64,000 bases of DNA from Malacoraja senta. Taxonomy: Eukaryota. Below the pieces are notes generated by a model. The model was not told the DNA's origin. It did no database searches and was given only the letters and a program-made list of their open reading frames with translations. A program made the position numbers and the translations under genes. Where the stretch lies: positions 5,024,001 to 5,088,000 of the forward strand of contig CM075996.1 in assembly GCA_038087875.1 (NCBI GenBank). Direction: 5' to 3'. Numbering within the stretch: position 1 is the first letter of the stretch; each line of letters opens with the position of its first letter. Positions 1 to 13,230 of this stretch are shown piece by piece.

Positions 1-1088
1 TATGATGGCATGGATATGATAGGACTCTCATTATAGTGAGTGACACCAGGGATTCAAATGGGTGGGCTTTGTCTCAGACAACAGCAAGGAACAAGGGGTG
101 GTCAATGGTAAGAGAACAACCATAGCAATAACTTAAAGTAGCATCTGCAGGCTTCCAAATATATAGTTCAGCACAAGTCATAGAGACAATGAATATTTAC
201 ATTGGAAATGGAAGTCTCTTCGCTCTGCTGCTTCGGTAATGACCATATAATAAAATTTAACAATGAGATTTATACCACGTTTCTCTCCCCAATGCCTTCA
301 CCTCAAACTGACTTTTCCTCCGAAATGCCATAATTTCCAAAAACACCAAGCATCAGCACAATTAAGAAATAATCAGCTAACATTACCACACATAATACAA
401 AGATGGCATAACTCTGGAACTATGTCCTGACATTTTCTAAAAAGGAGGAAATAAGAGAAAGCAGAGAGAAAAATATTTTCAACCTAGCATGAAATCAAAT
501 GGAAGTCACAAAGTGTAACATTCACCAAGTAATGGAGGACCTAATGCTGAGGCAGTTCACTTAAAAACAAACACGTTCCTTTAAATGAAACATGGATTGT
601 ATGCCCAAGGTGATGCGTGCTGTAAGAAAAAGGAAACTGAAGGAAAAAAAACACTTTACAGATAACTTTCAGCTAAATCCAGGACAATAACAGCAAGAAC
701 AGGAGGGAAATTAAAGTAAATAAGGAACTGAAAAGGCATTATTAAACTGAGCCCCCAAATATACTGGGCCAAAATCCTGCCCAATAAATACCAGCCGGTC
801 CAGGCTTAAATTGCTTGAATTTATCCATACATATCACACGTTCCAAATGCAATAACAAATTCACATGCAGCCCAGTAACAGAGCACAAACTTTCAGATTC
901 CCCAGCATGTATTACTGATAATCTGGATTGGGTTAGATCTAGCAAAGAGGCATTAATTTCAATGGAGATTTTACTGCAGTAAGAAGAGGCAAGGGGTCTC
1001 TAACTGAAATGTCACCCATTCCTTCTCTCCAGAGATGCTACCTGTCCCGCTGAGTTACTCCAGCACTTTGTATCTATATGCAAGGTGT

Positions 1089-1792
1089 ATAAGCGAGTTC
1101 GGTATTCCGACTGCACAGGTCACAAGCAAAAAACACTCTCAGCAGCCGTGCCGCGGCATGGACACAGACCTGCGCCTCATCCGCAGCCAGGATCGATCTC
1201 GGGTCTCCAGCACCGCAATCGCTGAAGAACTGCCACTGAACCACCCCCCCGGGCGGCCAGAGACGGCGGGAGTCAGACGGGAACGGCGCCCCCAGGCCCA
1301 CAGCCAGCGTGGAGAAGCAGCGTTAAATCAAGCTCAACTCTGCCTGTCTCGCCGGGTTAACCTACCAGCCCTGCCTGGACTTACGGGAACAACGGCCCAG
1401 CCTTACAGCTAGCGCGGAGAAGCAGCGCTAACTCCACGGCTCCAGGCTGCTGTCCCGTCATTCCAGGCAAGGCTGGTAGGTTAACCCGGTGAGACAGGCA
1501 GAGTTGAGCTGGATATAGCGTTGCTTACCTGCGCTGGCTGTGTGCCTGGGGGGCGCCGCTCCCATCTGACTACCGACGTCTCTGGCCGCCCCCCGGACGG
1601 ATGGGGGTGCATTCGGGAGGAGACGGGGATGGTCCGGTGGCGGTTCGGCAGCGATTGCGGCGACGGACACCCGGGTTCGGTCCTGGCTGCAGATGAGTCC
1701 ATGCCGCGGCAAGGCTGTTGAATTTTTATCGCTTGAGACCTTTGACAAATCCCATGATTCCTTGCGTTTTTTGGAATACCGAACTCGCTTAT
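1089..1792. mobile_element. GC-rich foldback (MITE-like) element, superfamily unclear
   Basis: Perfect 20-bp terminal inverted repeat ATAAGCGAGTTCGGTATTCC (1089-1108 / 1773-1792). Internal arms are also inverted copies (e.g. 1331-1379 vs 1462-1510). Confidence 0.8.
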
Positions 1793-1964
1793 TGAATTAT
1801 GTCTGAAGTGAAATTTATACATAATCTATCTTAGAATGAGGTTGTCAGACCCCACTCAGTCAAATCTGAGTCTCAATAATCACATCAGTTACTTTTGAAT
1901 AACATTGGTGTATACAAAACCCAAAGTAATTCTTTATGCAATGCTGAGAAAGACAGAACTGTAT

Positions 1965-2230
1965 ATAGATACATAGATAGATACATAGAAATTAGGTGCA
2001 GGAGTAGGCCATTCGGCCCTTCGAGCCTGCACCGCCATTCAATACGATCATGGCTGATCATCCAACTCAGTATCCCGTACCTGCCTTCTCTCCATACCCC
2101 CTGATCCCTTTAGCCACAAGGGCCACATCTAATTCCCTCTTAAATATAGCCAATGAACTGGCCTCAACTACCCTCTGTGGCAGAGAGTTCCAGAGATTCA
2201 CCACTCTCTGTGTGAAAAAGTTTTTCCTCT
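1965..2230 (-). mobile_element. CR1 (HER1-like) LINE 3' end fragment
   Basis: Encodes ...KNFFTQRVVNLWNSLPQRVVEA...[10 protein letters not shown], the CR1 ORF2 C-terminus, with a short tandem tail. Nearly identical to 53755-53995. Confidence 0.85.
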
Positions 2231-3646
2231 GGATCTTCCTCCGCAAATTTTGTGGAGGCAACAAGGCAGCACTGCTCAGTTTGAATGTTACAAGAAACAA
2301 TTAAACATGAGATACATTGCTTTTTCTGTCCACAACTTGTGCAACAAAAGACATAAATTCATACAACATAGAACAGTAAAGCACAGGAATAAGCCCTTCA
2401 GCCCACAATGTCGGTGCTGAACACGATGGCAAAATAAACTATCAGCTGCCTGCACATGATCCATATCCCACCATTCATGCATATATATGAGTATCTAGAC
2501 GCCTCTTAAACACCATAATAGTATCTGCCTCCACCACCACCCATAGCAGCACATTTGAGCACCCTCCAACTTCTGTGTAAAAACAATAACCCTGCACATA
2601 TCCTTTAAAATGCTTTATACATTCAAATCAAAATACGAAAGTGTTCATATTTTCAGTTGAAACCCATTAATATTCAGAGTCGGAGCATGGAAATAGGCCC
2701 TTCAGCCAAACTCGTCCATGTCAACCAAAATGCCCCATCTAAGCTGGTCCCACCAGCCCATATAGCTAGCCTCTCAAGCCCGGGGTACATCTTCTCTACA
2801 CTATTTCCAGCTTAACGACATCCTCCTATAGCAAGGTGTGCAAAATCGAACATAGTACTCCACATGTCGATTCAAAAACATCATGTACAACTAACATAAC
2901 ATCCCTACTTCTATTACCAATACCCTGACTGATGAAGACCAATATATCAAACACCTTCTTGGCCACCCTATCTACCTGTGACACTACTTTAAGGGAACTA
3001 TGTGCTTTAACTCCTAGATCCCTTGCTATATAACATGCCCCAAGGCCCTACCATTAACTGTGAAGGTCTGCTTCTACTTCCCAAAATACAACTAGTTGCA
3101 CTTATCTGTATTAAACTCCATTAGCCATTCTTCAGCCCACTTGATCTTGCCTATTGTAATTTTCCTACATAGTCCAAAGATTTCAAAAAAAAATTCAGGT
3201 TATTGGACTGTAGATTTCTGCACACTTTCCATTGTTTTTTTTAATGAAAATTAAAATGTTAATCACGTCATTAGTTCTTGATAAGATGCATAACTAACAG
3301 TTAAAACAGCTTCCAAATAATTTTGTGACAAGTGTTTCTCCTAGTTGTCAAGAAAGTGAATTTACACAGATATTTTACTGTCTTTCCACACTAAAATTAA
3401 ATTTAGAGATAACTGTTACCAAAAATCATGGAGATTAGCATTATCCAAGTAATTCTGTATGATCAAGATTGCCTCAGTACTCTTACTGAACAAATCGTGT
3501 TAAATGGTATAGCAGATTGACAGGACATGGTTAAGAAGAGGTTGAAATAAAGTTTAATTAAACCATTAAGTACTCTGCATAACAAAATATTGAACTAAAC
3601 ATTTTCACAAGGCAATCAATTGCTTCATGTTAACTAAGTACAGTGA

Positions 3647-3734
3647 AGAAGGGTTTCGGCCCGAAACGTTGCCCGTTTCCTTCGCTCCATAGATGCTGCT
3701 GCACCCGCTGAGTTTCTCCAGCATTTTTGTGTAC
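3647..3734 (+). mobile_element. ~90-bp Penelope-type terminal unit with hammerhead-like motif and 13-bp TSD
   Basis: TGAAGAAGGGTTTCGGCCCGAAACGTT core. Flanked by direct repeat CTAAGTACAGTGA (3634-3646, 3735-3747). Confidence 0.7.
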
Positions 3735-4976
3735 CTAAGTACAGTGATGTTGTTTAATATCTTTGGCATCGCAGGGTTAGGAAAATCAGACCCCAATTGT
3801 AATGCCAGTTGACTGGTGCTGCAATAATACATGTGGATTAATAATTTGACAAAAAGATTCCCTACATCGTAGGAGCTTTATTATAAAACTGGGAGATAAT
3901 GGAAAACAGGGAAGGCAGGTAGGGAAGAAAACTAGAAATAAGCTGGGCAATGTGCAACGTTTACTCTAAGGGCCACAACAATACTGTTCTGAACTAAATT
4001 AAAGAATTTCACATTTTATTACATTAAAACAGCATGTACCAGCTACTATTAAATGTATCGATTTTCATAAATTTCCCACTAAATTACCTTCATGCTGCTG
4101 AAAATTAAAGCTTTAACGTCTTTGCATCAAATCAAAGACAATTCCTTAAAATTCTATTCACCTGCATTATGCAACATTTATTGTAAAGCTACAGTAGAAT
4201 AGATTTGCCAGTTTATTGTACTGAATAAGTGGAGTCCCTCAATTGGAAAGAGTTAAATCACTGACATTATAAACCCAATGCAACAATCATGGCCTGATTA
4301 AAAGTTTCTATCTTTGTCATATATATATATGATTTATAACCTGTGTTTAACCTAACAATAGTTGGACAAATTTTAACATGCCAAGTCCTACTTAGCCATT
4401 ATGTTTGTGCTTAATGTCCCAACACCTCATCCAGCAGCACAAAAATCTTCATCCTTTCTGGTCTTTGCCTTCCTCATCTCTGCAGCTTCCTTCAGCTATT
4501 GAACCAAGAGTTTCCATTTGTAGCTCCATTTTCCTCAGCTATCCAATAAATGAAAGATAAATGGCTACTACAAAATATCTCTTACTGCAGATACAGGGCA
4601 TAAAGAATCAGATGTGGTACAGCCATGAGAGGAGTAAGTTGCAGAAGTGCAGGGAAATAAAGAAATGAGATACTAGAATTGTTTGATTGGGAACAATGTG
4701 CACCTGATGCACCAAATGGCTGTCTTGTGTACCAAGGGCAATCAAATCTCACAAATCAAGTTGCCTTTTCAATTCTACATTCTTGTGCCTTTTATTCTAT
4801 GCAAATATTCTCTGGACAAACAGCTAATATACAAGCTGCCACAACTCCCCAAATTTTCCAACTTTCTACTGTTCCCTTCCTTAAATATGCTCTTTAGAAT
4901 CTATCATTTTATAACATTCCGTGCCATCCACAATGTTATCACCCTCTGTGGCTTTGTCAATAAAAGGTTGATAATA

Positions 4977-5330
4977 CAGGTCCACCGCCTATTTTCCCCG
5001 CAACTGGTGATCCGGCACCTCCTTTAATCCAGGCAAAATTACAAGAGCGCACTTGAAATCGCCACGATGTCTCCCGTCTCCACCCCCCCCCCCCCCCCCC
5101 CCACGTGAGGCGGATCGGGACATCATCAGCACATCCGCGTCCGATCGAATTTGCCCCCTGCAGCCGGGGCCGGCAGATCTGTTCACATAGTTGATTTCCA
5201 AGGGAAGCTTTGCAGGCCGACATCTTGGTGTTATGCTACCATTCCACACCTCTCGGAAGCCATGATCTCTGTTCTTCCGGCAAAACCGATAATCCAGAAA
5301 GGCTCTGGAAAAATCAGGGGTGGACCCACA
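4977..5330. mobile_element. Non-autonomous Tc1/mariner-type MITE
   Basis: Begins TA|CAGGTCCACC and ends with degenerate inverse GGTGGACCC. Internal poly-C tract. Related copy at ~56991-57201. Confidence 0.5.
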
Positions 5331-8300
5331 TCTGTTAAGCATTTTTTAATCTTTAATTATACTCAAGGCACAAGATACAATGCTGCACACTTATCAAAAA
5401 AACAGCCAGTCTTCCCCCTCATAAAAATATAATCAAAACCTACACTAAATGCCCAACTACTCATGACAACAAGCAACTGAGCTGTGCAAACACGGAATAT
5501 TTAAAAACCTCAATTCTGCAGTTAACCGAAATGGCATAAAAGCAGTCTCAACTCCACCACCAAAAACTAATACTGGAATAAAGATGGATATAAAATTGTG
5601 TGCCTTTCACCCCCCATTAAACAAAGATGATTATGGGGCAAAAACTTCCCAAATCACAGTGCTGTGCAAAAGAAACAGACAAGCTTCAGAATGAGGGATT
5701 ATACTTGCTAAATTAAATACAGGGCAGCAAAAGAAATCTTTGTACACAGATGTGGCTGTCAAACACACTTGTACACTATATGTTCATAAAATTTCAGATT
5801 AAAATAAATACAAAAATCCACGGAAAAGGGCTGAAGGGATATGGGCTAAGTAATTACGTAATTAGAGCTATTGGCTTACCTAGGCAAAATGGCAGCATAA
5901 ACTGAATGGTGCATTTTCATAACTTCTATGTATCATTATGACAGAAGATGTAGAGAAAACACATGTAACTCTTGCCATCTCTTACTGCAACATGGGTACC
6001 CTACTAATAGCCACACCCTAGACTCACACATGAGTAACAATCAAAACACATCTAGATTCACAGAACTGTCCTTTACCCAGGAATTAATACAATTAGTGGA
6101 CAAGGGAAGAAAATTAGCAGGAAAGAGAGATTATAACTGTGTTCAAGTTGAAATGAACTTACAGATCTAAATGATTAATAATGACCCTACAACGCCATTT
6201 AGTTATTTTTATTATTCTGAATACTATCTTGCCAGGCAAATTTTTCAAAAATATATATTACTGTCTGTTGCTGATTGGAATTATTTGGAAGCATACACCA
6301 TATTTTTGGAACCCACGTCGTAGAATTATGATGGTTAAATAAGACCGAACCTCCCCCCCCCCCCTCCAAGTTTGTTGCGTCTTTAAACTAATTATCACAC
6401 CCATTTCTCCTAAAACTTCAAACTAGACCAACCACTACTCGGAAAAGGTACATACTATCAACGATTGAAAATTTAATTTTACCCTCCGTTCTATAGTATT
6501 ACAGTGCAGTACACAGAATAAAGCAAAATGAGGCCCTTGGAGTTCTTCACAACACTAAATAGAGGTTAGGTCACAATTACAGCCCTGTATGCCACTTTTG
6601 ACACTATTATAGAAGGAACATTAAAATGTCATATGCAAAAGAAATGTAGGTGAATGACGAGAGGACAGAAAATTGTTAACTGCTTGAACCGTAGCAGTTA
6701 TTCCACCAAATCCATTACCCAAATTGGATTCAGTGAAATAGCTGCCAGTCTGAAAAAGGATACTAACCCAAAACATCACCCTTCACTCACGCCAGAGATG
6801 CTGCCTGACCCTCTGGGTTACTCCAGTACTTTGTTTCACACAAGATTTCAGCATCTATAGTACCATGTGGTCAAAATACTTGTCGAGAGCTTCCTTTTAA
6901 AGAGCTTACATTGATATTTCCTCTGAAAAATCAGTGATAAGTTAAACCACCTTGGCTGGGATGGAAATCAAGGTTGAGAGGCCGGGGGTCAGCGAGGGAA
7001 GATGGAGAACAATTAAAAATTATACAGAACACTTTCCAAGGTAAAATTGTGCAGGTTTCAACCACTGTGATGGCTCAGCACCATCTTCAGTTGAGCAATC
7101 AACAATGGTCATACAGGTGCTACCCAGATAGCAAGTAGTGATTATATACATTATTTTTAATCCTTAAAGGGCAAATTGGATACATTTTTGAATGAAGAAA
7201 ATGTTCTAATTGGTAATATATTGGAATTAGATTTAATTTGGTTAAGCCAGAACTGCCTTGGATGAGATTGATTTCTCCTGCTCTGTGGTTCGTTAAATTA
7301 TTAGGATAATAATCACAGAAGACGAACATGAAACTGGTGGCTTATGAGCAATAAATTCAAAATACAGACTAATGTACCAAGAGCACACCAGGCATGTGTT
7401 AATGTACAGTAAACAATTAAACCAAGAGAACTCATGGAAAAAAACACTTGAGTTCAAATTAGTTTGCACTTTGTTTGGATAGGTTTAGATCTGACATCTT
7501 ATGCACATGGTGAAAAACTTGCAACCCAAGTCAAAATGTCATAAGCTTGGTTGTAATAGAAATCTTTTCCAATTAAAGATATAAAAAGCAACAAATAGAT
7601 AGGTCAGGTAAAATTTGTAGAAAAAGACAAAAAATTTAATTTGACAAAGGATTTTCAACCTCAAACATTTGTTGTTTCCCTTTTCAGTGCCTGACATACT
7701 GACGTTTCCGGCATTTTCGTATTTAAAGCTCTGAATTTCAACATTTGTGATTTTAAAAACATTTAGTGCATCAGCACCAGTTAACAAGAAATCTTTTTGG
7801 TAGATTTCAATTAACTTGGTAGAAGTCAAGAAATCAACTTGGTAGATTTATTTTGCATTTTCCGTGTGGCAATGTTAGAATTAAAAGGTTAATCAAATAG
7901 TATAACAAACTGATATCCAAACCAATTGTTTATGGTCATCAGTGCAAGTACCTGAATAATTATATCTAAAATTGACAACATTCAGTTGGATAAATACCAG
8001 AAAATAATTTGCGCATGTTAAAAACCTACTGTAAACATCACATTATTTTCATATTAAAATAAGTACAATAGGTATAATTCCTTTATGGGGTACATAGACT
8101 AATCCTTCAAGCATTAAGATAAAACATATCTTCAATGAACCCTTTCTCTTTTTACAATTTTCTGTTATATTTTCCCAATGCCATGCAAAGAACACCATTG
8201 GGGAGTGGAATACTTTCCATACCAGTTACTCAACACTGAGGCTCCATGTATAGGATTTTTTTTTTAAACCATTTTTTTTTCAAATATGTCAGTACCTCTG

Positions 8301-11300
8301 TTCCGCTAACTGGTCGTTTTGTAGACAATCCAAGATTACCAATGAGTGACATACTTTGAAAGTATTGCACATCTTCATTTCATCAAAGCAGCATGCTGTA
8401 GCATTCTGTGTTATTAATGTTTATGAAGAAGCTTCCTACTCAAGTTGCAAAAAGCTGCAAACAGATAACATTAGAACATACACAACATTATTTAATGGGG
8501 AAAGTGTGCTTTGGGCCCAGAAGCTATTCTGTGTTTCAGACATGAAACTACACAACACAAAACAATATATATTCTACTGAGAAACTGCTTAAATTCTAAC
8601 ATGACCAAACTGGCATAAAATGGTCAATACTGAGCCTGATCTTGAAAAAATAGTCTGAAATGAAATTCACTACAAAAAAGATCTATGCATTACATACATG
8701 CAGTTCATTAGTTTGGAATCATAGCAGTGTTGATCCATAATACATCATTGGGAAAACTATAGAACTATGTTAAATGTCTTGACAACACATTAATCCTATC
8801 TTACATTAATATGCTTAGTTAGTTACACTCAAATTAAATCACCATTACAACCAAGAAATCAATTTCCTGAGAGACCCTTTTCAATAGAACTGAAATTGGC
8901 AGTGGTGATGGTTGATGGTGATGGGAAAGGTTGTTGTTGATGCCAAACTGAAATAACCAAGATCTGACTTTCACGAATGGTGATCTATATCACCATCTCT
9001 ACAATCTCACCAAAAGCATTAGCAGGAGCCGAAGAACCACTGTCAATGCTCAAGTTCAAGGTCTCTGGTAATCAACATGCCTTTGAAGTTAGTATACCGA
9101 AACAGGCATTTGACAGATTTTTTCCAAAGTTTGTGCAGGATTGCAAGTTCAATATCCACCTACAAACATTAAATATCTGACAAACAAATACCTCGCTAAC
9201 TTTGAAACTCAGATTATGGTGCACTGATTTAAATAATTGCCACTGACAACTACCAGGGTTTAACACAAGGTTTACGATTGCTATTTCTTCAACAAATTTA
9301 ATAATTACTCAATTAAATACTACCAAGAATAGTTTTACCTAACCATAAACTTCGTTACAAAGTTGCTGTCTTACTCATATTTGCTACTTTGTTCGAAACG
9401 ATCATGAAAGAAACGCACGAAAGAATATATCTCCCATTAGGTTTCTTTTTTCACTGCACTAGATTCACATAGTACAGGTAATATCTTGAAAATGTAGAAA
9501 CAAGGAACAGAAGATGCTGGTTAAAGTACAAATGGACACAAAGTGCTGGAGTAACTCAGCAAGCATCTCTGGACGGTACACAAAAATGCTGGAGAGAGTT
9601 TCTCCAGCATTTTTGTGTACCTTCGATTTTCCAGCATCTGCAGTTCCTTCTTAAACACAAGCATCTCTGGACAACATGGATAGGTGACGTTTCGGGTCAA
9701 AATCCTTCCATCAGTCTGAAGAAGGTTCTCAACAAGAAATGTCACCTATCCACGTTCTCCAGAGATGCTGCCTTTACCAGATACATCTCTGGATTATCTA
9801 TAATTTTTTTAAATGATAAAAGGTAGTGATACTATTCATGTAGTGGAAGAGACAAATAAAAGAAATTCATATTATAAACTAGTAAAATATGATAAGATGG
9901 ATAATTTCCCCAATAATTTTTTTAAAAAGAAATCCAAGGTTGCCTAGATTAAAAGCTATTAGAGGAATTCTGAAGACTGCATTTATGAACAAAGGTAAGC
10001 ACGGTTATCTTGCATGCAACAAGTCCCATAATTGTCATTTTTGAGGAAACAAACTCCAAATAACAAATTGATTTAAAGTATACAATTACAAACCCCCAAA
10101 ACTAGTTTTATATGATAACTGAAACTTAAAGCACAGTGGAAATTAATTTTTAATTATTTTTATATAATTCTCTAAGAGAGAACCAAGTACATATAAAGTT
10201 GATGTAGTGAATCCATTTTGCCATGAAAAACTAACAGGCTAAAGTTAATGGTTTGGAACATTAAAGTTGAAGAAACGGAGTAACACCAAGCTTAGCGAAC
10301 ACCACAAGACGAAGTGGGTGGTGGACCAATACTTGAACCCACTAATACTCCACCATCGCTGACCATATACCATGAAGCAGATTGAAAAACAGTTGCCAGA
10401 AAACTCAAAAGTGATCTGACCATATCAATAGAAATTATTTTGAATTGTAATGAGGCTGTGACTACTTCATTTTCAATAAGATTTTGCTTGAAGAAAACTA
10501 TGGAATGCAAGTTCCATCTCACCTCATCTCACTAGGCTGAAATCATTTAGCTAAAACTGATGTTGGAGTTACTGTCAAGTTACTCGAGGAAATCTTTCAC
10601 TTGTGAAGTGTCCTCTATTTGGATTTTTAGTAAGCTTAAAGTAGCATTCCAATTGGCTGAAGATTACTGTAGAACAAAGTGCAGTTTCATTCACCTCACA
10701 GCACCAGCGCCACTGCTGCAAAGTGAATTATCAAAAATATAACTACATAAAAAGATGGAATCCAAAGTAACAAATGTTTTTAAATTAAAAAATAAATCAA
10801 CCATACGCTTGCACCGAATTCTCTGCACCAAAAATTGACCCAGGTTTTGCCATATATAACCTTTTCTTCACAACTGAGCTAAATTTTGCTGGTCTTTCAA
10901 TTCAATTTCAATATATTTAAGATAATGCAAGATATAACAAGAACACTGTTAGAATTATTTCCAATGACAAGAAAACAAATTACACAAATGTGTGTAAATG
11001 ATCTTGTGTTAAAGTATGAAGACAACATACCGGAACTTCTCAGTCAAAACTTTATTTCCATGAAATAGAATCAAATACATATAGATATATATACACATCG
11101 TAATCAACAGTTAATTTTGGAAATCTCTCCGAATTAGATTTGTATTCATATTCTTGTTGGGGACAAGAAATTAAGCAAAGCTTGTTGCATATTCCCAAAG
11201 TGAAAACATGCCTTCTTCAAAAGGTTTCATATCTTTTACACACAGGTGCAAATTCAGCTAAAACAGCCTAATAATATGCTGAACAATAATATTAAGCATC

Positions 11301-11989
11301 TCTTGAAGAAACGTTTAAATGACAATACCTAGAAGATTATCCTGTCATTAGACAAATATTGCCAGTTAAAAATTGAGGATACTCACTAAACGCCAATAAG
11401 CACACTACTACACTGCGTCAACATGGTGTAATTCGTTTTATCTACATTACTCAGAACATGTAAAGTTATAAAACAGCACATTTTAGAGATGCAACTGCAA
11501 GACCTACCGACCAAACCAACCACTTAAATGATCCATTAAACATACACCTAGTCAACCAAGTTAAAAACGAAAGGCATAAATACGTCCACATTATCTTCCA
11601 TTAATACTCCTGAAATTCTTGGCATAGTAGAATTATTTATTCTTTGCATAGACACCACAAGAAATGAATAAATGCATTTAAAGTCCTTTCATACAAGAGG
11701 AAGAGAAAACCACTGATTAAAATGCAACCTATGTGAAGGGAAAATGACTTATCCATCCTCCATAACAATACACTGGACAAGCACAGATCCTTTCCAATCA
11801 GAGGGAAACCATAGCCCAAGAAAATTACCAGTATTTTTTTATAAAATACTTCCTCCAAAACGTGCAATTAAAATGAATCATCAATTTTAACAAACATTTA
11901 AATGAAAAAAACTGCAGTCTGAATCAAAGCCTTACATTTTCTTCCCAGAATAAAGAAAAAGCAGCACAAATACATTTCGTAGCGCACAC

Positions 11990-13230
11990 AAGCACAAACT
12001 AAGTGGCGAAAGAGAAAGGTTTACACGGTACCTGTGCCATCGCTGGTCGGAGGAGCTGGGGAGGAGATTTTAGGCCGCTTGGCTGAAGGCGGTCCGTCCA
12101 GGAGATTCTCTGCCATTTCTTCCCCAATTTTAAAATTACACGTTTCAACTTTTTTTCCCCTCCCCAAAAAAAACGTAGAGGGAGAAATTTAAAAAAAACG
12201 CACGGACCCTCGCGAATTAATCGGTGGACTTGGCTCCTTTGCTCAGCCCCCACTGCCTCTCTTCGCTGGGGCAATTTTATACCTTATCGCTAAAGTCTTG
12301 TGTGGAGAGAGAGAGAGAGAATGAGCCTAAGGCCTACGGCCAGGCCCAGGCTTTCTAGGTCGATCGTCCATGGGCACCAGAGAGAAAAAATAAGAACGGA
12401 AAGGGGAGCGAAAATAATTAAAGAAAATGAAAGACCAAGCACAACGGCGTCTCCGGCGAAAACCGCATCCTAAATCACCTCACGACCGTCTTTCCTTCCA
12501 CATTCCCGACACCAAGAGGGGGAGAAAAAAACCCTGTCAGAAAAAAAAAACCTTTAAAAAAATTCCCCCTCTCGATCCAATAAAGCGAGAACGATTCATC
12601 CACCGTCCCTCAAGAGAAAGCCTCCGCTCTTCACGGGAGCAAAAAACCCAGGAACCGTTGTTAAATCACTCGAAATGTTTCGGCATTTTCTTCTTAGTCT
12701 ATCATTTTAAATTTTTTTTAAATAACGGACGGTGGAGTCGGCAAAAAGATGAGGCTTTTTTTACAGTACTACTTTTTTTCCTCCCTGCTGTTGAATTCGT
12801 ATTGCTGATTATATATTTTGTTAGTTTTCTTTTGTTTCCCCCCCCACCCCCCCTCCCAGCCTTTTTCCTTTTCTTCTTCGTCCTTTTCTCTTCCTTCCTT
12901 TCCCCCCCACCCCCTCCCCTGCCCTCAATCCACCAAGCCGAGCGAAGGATCTCTCCTCTCTCCCTCTATCGCCCGCTTCTCGCCGTCTCCCCGTCTCCGT
13001 CTCTCTCCCACCAAACAAAATGGCGGCTTGTTGTTCTCTCGGCGAGCGCAGCGACGTAAAAAAAAAAGACCCGCCGCGCTCGGCCAAAGTCGTCGCCGGC
13101 TGCCGGAAATGGCCGATGTCTCCGCCTCACGTGACCCGCGCGGCTGCCTCCCATTCGCCGGCGGGCGGTGCATTACGTCATTTAACTCCATCGTCCCCAG
13201 GCGAAAGCTCTCTCCCTTCTGCAACGGGAG
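11990..13230 (-). promoter_or_regulatory. CpG island promoter and 5' UTR of the p300/CBP gene
   Basis: CpG-dense, non-repeat sequence. YY1 consensus CAAAATGGCGGC 13016-13027, ETS-like CCGGAAAT ~13103, E-box TCACGTGAC 13127-13135, GC box GGCGGGCGG ~13160, CRE-like TTACGTCA 13173-13180. Confidence 0.8.
12032..12116 (-). CDS. EP300: First coding exon of a p300/CBP (KAT3) histone acetyltransferase, most likely EP300
   Basis: Minus strand from ATG at 12116 reads MAENLLDGPPSAKRPKISSPAPPTSDGT plus 1 nt, then ACAG|GTACCG donor (phase 1). Resembles human EP300 (MAENVVEPGPPSAKRPKLSSP...SDGT) and CREBBP (MAENLLDGPPNPKRAKLSSP...NDST). PPSAKRPK and SDGT favour EP300. Not in the ORF track because it is short. 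Confidence 0.85.

Larger units (their letters stand above)
1..12031 (-). other. Intron 1 of the p300/CBP gene (continues beyond the window start)
   Basis: Follows the GT donor at 12031. I could not find the expected exon 2 (DFGSLFDLE...) in 1-12031. AT-rich with comparatively few repeats. Confidence 0.75.

Noticed and set aside
742..945. ORF in intron 1 considered as p300 exon 2
   Set aside because: Does not encode the expected DFGSLFDLE...LPDEL sequence.
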